A stretch of 20,000 bases of DNA, taken from NCBI GenBank assembly GCA_051942245.1, contig JAVECL010000063.1, positions 45,128 to 65,127 of the forward strand, in the 5' to 3' direction. The notes below the pieces were generated by a model, which saw only the letters and a list, made by a program, of their open reading frames with translations, searched no databases and was not told the origin of the DNA. This document shows positions 11,771 to 20,000 of this stretch, one piece after another. The position numbers were made by a program, and so were the translations under genes. Every line of letters starts with the position of its first letter. Position 1 is the stretch's first letter. Source of the stretch: Trypethelium eluteriae. Lineage: Eukaryota.

Positions 11771-13288
11771 AGTAGAATATAAGCAAACACGGAAAGTCTT
11801 CAGTCAGAAGAGAAAGACGAAATATGTAGTGGGAGATAGCCAGCTTTCTCCCAAGAATACAGAGATACGAAACAACGAAATGGGCAAATCGGCCAAAAGC
11901 AAGTAGATATTATATCTACAGAGCCTGCGCCTTGTTCGCACTAGACATACTTGGGATGTCAACGTTGCAAGCAGCGTCATTCCACTTACTTCGAACTGGT
12001 AGGCACTGTTGCTGATCGCGAACTGGCCAGAAAGCAGATAATTCAGCTACTCAAAGTCAACGTCTGTGACGAAAGACTCTTGGCGAAAGCACAAGATTCT
12101 CAGGGTGAGAAACTCTATGAAAACACATCATGCGGCCATTCAGCAGTGACGTATCCTTTCATGATATCATTCCTACAGATAGCCGTGGCACGGTGGGAGT
12201 ACGATGTAGTCGGACGACAGTGAGAAGGTCGTCTGCAGTTGGCAGCTTGTGTGTGCCTCATGAGAAGATAGATTAAGAGATCAAGTTCATACGCAGCTGA
12301 ATGGCTGTTATGGAGCCGCAACACTGGCAGCAATTACACAGCCGAGTTGATTGGTAGAGCCTTGATTTAAAGGTGAGATCACATTGCATATTGTTGGAGC
12401 CAATGAGTATCGAGACAAGACTTGAAATCAGTAGATTGATGGTGAAGTAAGCAACGTCGCTTCAGTAGTCTTGTGAGAGATCAAAATCCAACTTTCGTGC
12501 CACAATGTGTATCGTACGCCCCTTCATTGCGACAGAGTTGAAGCACCGCAAGTTGAAGATATCATTCTAACTGTGCCGTGCCGACCCGAGCCGATGCATC
12601 ACGACACACTGGCAGAGTAGAGGTACTGTACGACTAAAGTATAATCTCCGATCAACGCACCATCAATCGAGACAAGTATCTACCCTCGTCCATCAAGCTA
12701 AGTCTAGCTCCTTGACTTCACGTCTGAACCTTCCTCACAGATTGAAAGGATCATCTGCCCAGGTCCGTGCCGCAGATAGACGAGGTCAGCTTGATTTGCT
12801 CGGAGGTTAGAGTAGCTCATCACAAGCTTTCCAAGCTGACCTTTTCTTCAGCTCCCAAAGTAGCCTTGCCGAGCTTAAGTGAAGCAGACCAATATCCTCG
12901 AACTTTGGCTGATCTTGTGGGGCCATTACGTTGTGGCTTCTCACAGACCTTGCTCTTGAATACGCGCAACACCCTACGATCATCTCAAGTGGGGCGGGAC
13001 ATATGACGCATTTTTCACACAGTTCTCTAACTATTGAGTGTGCGAGGCGCGAGGCAAAGAAGAGGCCAAGTGTTTGAATTTGTCTTGGGCATATTAAGTT
13101 TTGGGCTCTCGTCTCCCTCCATCATGGAGGTAGCTAGTTGGCCCCTACATAAGGAACGTTTCCTACGCTCTTCTCCTACAACGACCTATGATTACAGGTA
13201 CCGTACTTTCCATTCGGTTCAATATCCTCTTCTGGGCAGGACACAGAAGGACAATTCTAGCGAAAAACTTCTTTTGACAAGCCTTATC

Positions 13289-15549
13289 ATGCATGTTTTA
13301 CGTGTGCTTCAGGTTGTGTTAGCAGCAGAAGTTGCCACGGCCCTGGTCTCGTCCCCAGCGGCCTTTCTAGTCCCGGGTGCCCTAGTAAGGTCACCGCCGG
13401 CTGTCACACATTTTGCTCGCGCCGATTGCCTCTCTTTCAGGGCCCTAAGTAACAGCAATGCAAACGAAACAGAGAGTACGGGAAACGATCGCGATATCTT
13501 ATTTAGTGGCAATAGGAATGGCACACTCAGCGAGAAAGCTTTTCGGAGCTCTGCCCAACATGGCTTAATGGGCTGTCCGGAAATGTTCAAAGAGCCTTTG
13601 CTGCCGTATTCAGTATGCGGTAGCGAGTTGAAACGGTCTCCAGGAAAATGCGCAGATCCGAACGGCTCGGGGTGGATTTGTCAATGTAGGGCTGTCACTT
13701 GGATGAACGATGTATTCCATGTTGTTTAGGACAACAGCAGTGACTAACGACAATGCTAGGTATCGATAAAGGGCCAAATGGTTTGGCGACATCACTAGTA
13801 ACGGCAACGGCCAGTCAACAAACTGCAACTGGCACCTTTGAACTAGACACCATGACTGAATATGGAAGTCTGAGACAGAGCATTACCATCAGCACGACGG
13901 CAACAGTAACTACGACCGGTGACACGGGTTTGGAGACTGTTGCTGTCGTTGTTCTTGCCGGAGGTGTTTCATGGTTTCTAGCTGGTGCGTATCCAAAAAT
14001 ATCTTCTTGCTGAAAGAGAAACGGTCTCATTACTGACACCTATAAAGATGCTTCAGGAGGCGCTGCTGCTGTTGCCGCTCTCGAGGCTCCAGCAGACGCT
14101 CCGAATCACGAAGACGACAGAAACTGCCCTGACCCTAAGGATAAATGCAAGAATTGTGGTGGCGAGGAACAAATGTGTACAACGGGGAAGGACGCCTGGT
14201 GTAAGTCGCTGCTCCGTCCTTTCGATGCTTTGAAAAGTACTTTGGCATGGTCTAACATCTAAAAGGCGCCCGTGAGGCTGACAACTGCCCGGCAGAAGGC
14301 AGTAAAGAACAGCCAGAATGCATAGATGACGCGTGCGAAGGCAAAGATGAAAAATGCATGACCGGAGAAAATGAAGAGTGTGACTGTAAGAAACCACAAT
14401 GCCCAGATCTCAGGAAGTACTCTTTCTGGTGCAGCGAATGTGGAGGCAAGGATTCTGATGGAAAGTGTAGAGGAGTGAGTGATTTCCTCATCGTCTTTAG
14501 TCGAATCGACACTAGTGAAATATCTTTAATAGGATCCTGAGGAGGACTATAACTTCCAAGGGTGTGAGTGCCGTGACGAACCTGACTGGAGCTTAGGCCC
14601 ACCACCACTGCGAAGGCCCAATGCTTTAAAACATCGGTTAGCACGTGCAAAATTACATCCACCATCACCCTCGCCTCCATCACCCTCACCACAAGCTGAA
14701 TGCGACCTGAGCGGAAGCTCGCAAGTTCCGTATAACGTCTTCTCCCCTGGTGTGTACTCCATTTTCTGCAACACCATCAATGGCGGCGATAGGAGCAAAG
14801 CCTTTACCCAGACAGTGGACAGCCACGGAAAAGTCATCCAGGGCACTTCGAAGGAAAAGCGTGATGTCTCAAGGCGGACACCGCCACCCAATCCTGAAAC
14901 CTACAATGCTTACAACTTCACGCTCAGCTGCAGCGGAGGCGACGAGTCCTGTCCAAGTAACTACCCCGATACTTTCTACAACATAGCAGAAGGTCCTTGC
15001 GGTCATGTCGCTGGCGAACAGAACATCATGGCCCCGACTGCCACCCTCGATACTGGCTGTGGCATGTATTCCTGCAATATCAGTGCTCCTGCCTCCGTTC
15101 CCTCTCCACCAGCCCCCCAACCATCACTGGACTGCCACCAGGGAAACATTCCATTAGGATACCAGCAGCTCAGCCGGGACGCAGCCAGCGACATGACTAA
15201 TCTCATCTGCACCGAGCTTGTCGACAACAAGGTCGTGCTCTCGCAATCCGGAAGCTTGATGCCACCCGCATCCATGTTCGAAATTTTCGAGAAGAGCGGT
15301 AAAGACATTGCGGCGAACGGCGCTACGCTGGTCATCAACCCACACTGGGCTCTTGGGGGATGTCAGAGCGAGAACAAGCCCCAGGACGTAGACTTCGGGT
15401 CCATGCAGGTGAGCGACTGTGTCAGGTATTTCATGACCGCCATCGATGGCTGCCCGGAATTTTCGAATTCTGGCGGAGGCGAGTTCTGGAAATGGGGCGG
15501 AACAAGTCATGCCGCATACGCATTTTGGTCGGTGCAAGCGTCAGCGTAA
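13289..15549 (+). CDS. Secreted cysteine-rich modular protein of unknown function; exons 13289-13685, 13760-13984, 14048(or 14057)-14200, 14266-14474, 14533-15549; about 666 aa
   Basis: Signal-peptide-like MHVLRVLQVVLAAEVATA. Four GT..AG introns, three with clear CTAAC/CTGAC branch sites, give a continuous 2001-nt frame. The product has repeated CP..C..CGG..C..C.C modules, a Thr-rich segment, Pro-Ser linkers, dibasic KR/RR sites and two Cys-containing C-terminal domains. Confidence 0.8.
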
Positions 15550-15984
15550 AGGCCCCTCAGACGGTGCATTGCAATTTAACCTTCTAATTCGAGGGATTAG
15601 CTAGTCTATCAGCGACCTGATTTTTTATTTTGAAGAGCAGCCCTAGGACTAGCTTCTCAGCTTTTCTCTAGCTGCCCGCAGTAAAGGTATATAAAGCCAA
15701 GAGTCATTGTGATCCTAAACCACACCTTCGACTGAGCCTCATTCGATAATCGAGATATTCCAACAACATGGTTAAAGGGCTTCCTTATCGACTAAGACTC
15801 AAACATTCATGTCTGATAGGCCAAAAACGCTGCTCGTTGGTGCCCGGATCCTGTTTTCTCCAATTTCTTGCGCCAAATTTTTCTTCCTCCCGTGAAAGTT
15901 ACCCACTTCCTAGATGATCGTACCAGCCGATCGTTGTTGATACGCCAGCGTAGGGTACTATGAAATAAAAAGCATCCCTCATTC

Positions 15985-18871
15985 TCAGATCCACGACTCA
16001 GCTTCGTGTCCAGGCCGAAGAGCAGGATGTATCATGCGTAGACTGGGTGGAAGAGCCTCGGAAGAAGCGACAGCAGAGGACACAATAGAGGCAGCGTATG
16101 GAGGATCACGTTGTGCATAAGAAGAATTGAAGGAAATGGTAGAAAGCAGATCTGAAGTAGAATTCAGGCGAGATTGTAAAATGGTGTCGGATTCAGTGAA
16201 TTTCATTAGCTCGATGAGCCACGCCCGATTGCCCCGTATCCACTGATCGTCATACAGAGATAGGGTCGGCTTAGACCCTTGCTTTATTTGAGAGGATTTC
16301 GAAAGACCTTCAGCTGTGCGCTTGTCCCTAATTTCAGGGCTGCGGGCTGGCGCTCCTCTGATTATCGATGCTTCCGAGTTCTCCGACGCGTGCGAAGCAA
16401 TCGATATTTGAGAGTTCATCGAGATACGTGAATTCCTTAACGCCCGAGATATTGTTGACGTTCGCGAGTCCCTTGTGCTATAGGTCGAAGCCACGGATGG
16501 ACGAACGTATGGATGTCGGATAGACTGCGCAGCTGAAATGCGTGCCATTTGCTCAGGAGGCCGCTGTGCAAGAATTTCTACGCTCTTGATACGAACCTCT
16601 CGTGAATCGTTCAATGGGCTCTCTGAATGAGTCTTTAGAGCATGCGCTTCGCTTTCTCCATCAAGCAAAGGCTTTGACTCAATTGGTAGAGACGGTTTCC
16701 GTTTTGCCGTCTTGTTCGCTTTGGTCCGTTTGGGCCAGAATCGAGTACCGTTCCAAGGCAAGTGCTTCTCCTCTTCTGGAAATGGGGGTAGCTCTATTGT
16801 AGGCTCACGCTCATCAGCTCCTCGCGGAACAAGCTTCGGCTGCACCTCCTTCTCTGCCGGAAATGGCGGCAGTTCTATTGTAGGCTCGCGCTCATCCGCT
16901 CCGCGAGGAATGAGCTTCGGCTTCTGCCGCTGCTGGCCAGCTCCCTCGCCATCCTCTGATGGCGTCAATGGTGGAGAAGGTGGAAGCTCGAGGGTAGGTT
17001 CTCTTTCATTTGCTCCTCGAGGTATGAGTTTTGGCTTCCGATTCCGGACTATCCCGGTTGTACCATTCGAGAGTTTGGCGGCAACCTTGGCATTCGCGAT
17101 TACATCAGAAAGATTCTGCTGCCGATTGTACGAGAAGTTGATGGGTGTTTGTTTGAGTAAAGCATCCTTAACAGGGTCTCCTAGAGCTTGCCCTGGAGAA
17201 GTCATCGTATTGTTCTCCATCCGATCGCACGTTGAGACACCGGTGATCTCTGACTTTGGCGTCCGCACTGAGCGATCCATGGAACCTTTGCCCACTGACA
17301 CAGTGTCATCTTGATACAATTCTGTGAGCAGAGCTTCATAAGCTTCTGCCTCATCCTCTCGATTATCCGATCGGCATATGCATACGAGGACGTGTAGACT
17401 CTCTGAGCAACCTTCGGCGTGACCAATTTTCCTAAAGGCTTTCAAGGCTCGGCGAGCATGCGGAAACGCTTCAACGTATCCATGGTTAGCAAGGAGTACC
17501 CGGGCTAATAAAAGGACATCTGCTATTAAGGAGCTGTCGTCCTTAGAACAAAACCGTTCTTTGACCGCCATTTTCTTCATGAGCATGGACTGAGCGTCTC
17601 CCCATTGCGAATTATTGCAGTAGATGCTGACAAGCAGTTCCATGGCCTGGATCTCTAAGCTTCGACTTTCCACAAATTTATCGCTCACCACAATGCTGTT
17701 AGTGTTTGACAAACGCGTTCCCGATAAACGAGCTAAACAACTCTTGAGGTAGCGCTCTGCTCTCGATTGTTCTAGAGGGGCTCCTGTTCCAGCCAATAAA
17801 ATCTTTCGGGCTTTATTCAATAGAACGGTCGTGATTTCCGCCTCCAGGTGTCATCATCCGAGTCAGGGTAATCGACTGGCTCGCTCTCAAATGGGGGAAC
17901 GCTTGCCAAAGACCTCATCTCCGGCAGCGAACTACCATGTCCATCCTCTTGGCCGGTAACTGAGTCGATGTATCGCTGAAGCATCACCATTGACCTCCTG
18001 GGAAAGAGATCGCCAAGGTCAGAATCTGCAGCAGGCATACTCGCTCTCGCACCAGGATCTGACCCCAGCTTCGAGGATGCAGATGAGACGACAGTAACGG
18101 CTGAGTGAATGCAATCCCGGAGAATACACATTGCTACCATTTGACTTTCGTCCTGCCATTGGCTATCCCTCTGACTCACCTTAGGCGCTTGACTTGCTAT
18201 CATGTTATGCAGCGTTTCAATTCGTTTATTCAGGATGGTTGCAACGCGACGTACTTCCTCGTGGAGATTGTTCACGCTCGGAAGAATTAAGTCAGTGGTT
18301 TGCTTCTGCGAGACTTGTGTCCATCTGAAACAGGTGTCAGCCAGTAAATCGCTCTTGCTCTTCAGGATGTTATAAGGTAGGGAACGTTGGCGGCTGTAGC
18401 GATACGGAAATCAAGGATTCTAAATGAGACTCACAAGATCACGGTTTGAAGTGAGAGCTGTAGGGCATCCCGATAAGACTGCACGTGTTCCCGAAACAAG
18501 CCAATCCTGTCAGCCGCGGCGTTGAGGCGTAGCTGTTTTATTGGTGTATCGAGAAGCCTGCTCGTTTTGTTGATGTCTCGAAGACAACCACGAAGTTGCG
18601 CAAGGGTCTCTTTGCCATTTTCTAATGCTCGAGAGATGTTTTGCCAATGGTTGCCGATCTGGTCAGTACCAACTCCTGCGGTGATACCTTCAAAAGTGGC
18701 TCGCATCGAGGTAAGGACGAGCGTGAGAGCCTCGACGTCCTGCAATAAGCCATTCAACTTGTCTTTGACGATTGAGACGCTATCGCCGAATGCTTTGAGT
18801 TCGACAGTAATACTGTAAGCTGACTTTAGGAGCGCACCGACGCCGGTGGCGATAGTGACGGGGTCGAGCAT
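15985..18871 (-). pseudogene. HeLo-like/'Fungal N-terminal domain of STAND proteins' (PF17111-like) + TPR-like repeats + long low-complexity tail, with one frameshift; exons 18871-18435 and 18324-15985; about 925 aa if restored, 314 aa as sequenced
   Basis: N-terminus MLDPVTIATGVGALLKSAYSI...QSYRDALQLSLQTVIL is typical of this helical domain family. Intron 18434-18325 (gtgagt..gctgac..tttcag) gives ILWTQVS in frame. Frame break at GAT GAT GAC|AC|CTG GAG GCG GAA (17849-17848): DSDDD continues as LEAEITTVLLNKARK in another frame. TPR-like helices follow (AERYLKSCL, WGDAQSML, YVEAFPHARRALK, DEAEAYEALL). Confidence 0.75.
16777..17037 (-). repeat. Three dispersed 66-nt coding repeats, (K/Q)PKL(I/V)PRGA(N/D)EREPT(L/I)ELPP(S/F)P
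   Basis: Copies at 17037-16972, 16923-16858 and 16842-16777. The peptides are nearly identical while many third codon positions differ. Confidence 0.95.
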
Positions 18872-19859
18872 GCTGGGTGGTGGCTCAGAATAACACTGTA
18901 TAGCTGGGATGGTACCCAACTACGGCATCTGATGAGGACACACAGTTTGCTTGTTGGTACCTTCAAACTTTGAAGCAGAAAATGTGGATAATGCTCTGAC
19001 CACCGGTTGAGTAAGAAACGTGAAAGGAAACAGTGCTTGGTATTGAAAATGGGAGAAGCCCGGAAGCGAAGACGGAAGGCTTGCAATCGCCCCACAGAAT
19101 TCATGCCTGACGTATGTGGGATGATTTTACCTCTTCTAGCTGTAGCCAAGCCACCGACAAGGCGCAATCACCCGCATGCAGTTGATATCATGTGTTTAAG
19201 ATATCAGTGAGGCTCTCTGCCACCCCATTCGGCACCCTTACGGTTCCCTCATGCGCATTTATTGAGGTGTGCCGAGTATCCTGATCGTGGTCCAATCGAT
19301 TTCACCATAACTCATCTAGTCAGAAGGTCTAGGCAGACTGGAATGGACCGAGTAACCTGGACGATGGCAGGTATCGTCCGATTGCGTTATCATCCGTATC
19401 GTAAACAGCCGTGTAGGCAACGAGGGGCCGCTCGGGCGTCACATTGCCTTGTTTACACGAGGGATTCATTGGATTCTGGCCCATCCGGCAAGACGTGGCA
19501 TCGACGCATATTCCAATTCGGATCCATCTTACATACCGAGCTTTTGCGTAACCCCTCAACGTAAAATCGAAAAGTTCCTCGAACTCCTCCGCATAGGTTG
19601 TGCCAAGCGCGCAGGAATAGTCTAGCTAGACATGCTGACGCCTTGGTGAGGCTGACGAGGAGCGAAAGCTGGTTCGGTCTTGGAGGAGTCGTTGGGCAGG
19701 GAAGCGAGACCTGGCCCAGGTTTTGACGCTCAGCCACTTATTGTTACCTCATCAGTAGCGGCCTCTTGACGCCGATCAATACAAGCGACGTCAAGCCTTC
19801 ACCTCTGCACCTCTTGCCGCCCTACCCCCACTTCCCCACAGCCACTGCAGTCCCTCGGC

Positions 19860-20000
19860 CAGACTGGGCAACGATAGGCGCGATACGTATCGTACGATAA
19901 GCCCTATCGTACGATAAATTACCGCGATATCGCCGATATCGTCAGCGCCGACACACTTATCGTAATAAAATAAAATTCCTCCCCTTAATAAGCTATTATA
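19860..20000. mobile_element. Probable terminus of a DNA transposon/MITE (hAT-like), truncated by the window edge
   Basis: Starts CAGACTGGGCAAC, followed by 11 copies of CGATA/TATCG within 19872-19962, including a 13-nt direct repeat TATCGTACGATAA (19888-19900 and 19905-19917), then TpA-rich AT-rich sequence. The other end and any transposase are not visible. Confidence 0.55.

Noticed and set aside
11951..13006. Several 70-90-aa ORFs between the divergent secreted genes
   Set aside because: No recognisable motif on either strand and no convincing introns; treated as intergenic, though a degraded remnant cannot be excluded without BLASTX.
13034..13288. Upstream in-frame extension of the Cys-rich gene from a TTG start
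   Set aside because: The ATG at 13289 directly precedes a signal-peptide-like sequence; the extension looks like 5' UTR.
16712..17314. 200-aa plus-strand ORF with GGSSIVGSRSSAPRG repeats, superficially like a RiPP precursor
   Set aside because: It is the antisense reading of the PRGAxERE repeats in the minus-strand gene; no signal peptide, no KR-flanked cores and no DUF3328 gene nearby.
19872..19962. CRISPR-like or telomeric interpretation of the terminal repeats
   Set aside because: Eukaryotic context, no regular repeat-spacer period and no TTAGGG-type units.

Overview
Filamentous-ascomycete (Pezizomycotina-like) genomic DNA with five intron-containing genes, reconstructed by hand from GT..AG sites, branch motifs and reading-frame continuity. 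(1) An intact non-reducing polyketide synthase, SAT-KS-AT-PT-ACP-ACP-TE (619-7386 +, 7 exons, about 2154 aa). (2) A secreted type-B carboxylesterase (8131-9835 +, about 513 aa). (3) A secreted HExxH metalloprotease-like gene that the ORF track misses (11770-10434 -, 6 exons), broken by one frameshift in an A10 run. (4) A divergently transcribed secreted Cys-rich modular protein (13289-15549 +, about 666 aa). (5) A HeLo-like/'fungal N-terminal domain of STAND' plus TPR-like gene with no visible NTPase domain, three 22-aa repeats and one frameshift (18871-15985 -). The window ends in a palindrome-dense CGATA/TATCG array that looks like a DNA-transposon terminus (19860-20000). The right half reads as an accessory effector/non-self gene neighbourhood next to a repeat. 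All family assignments come from motif recognition only; no searches were run.
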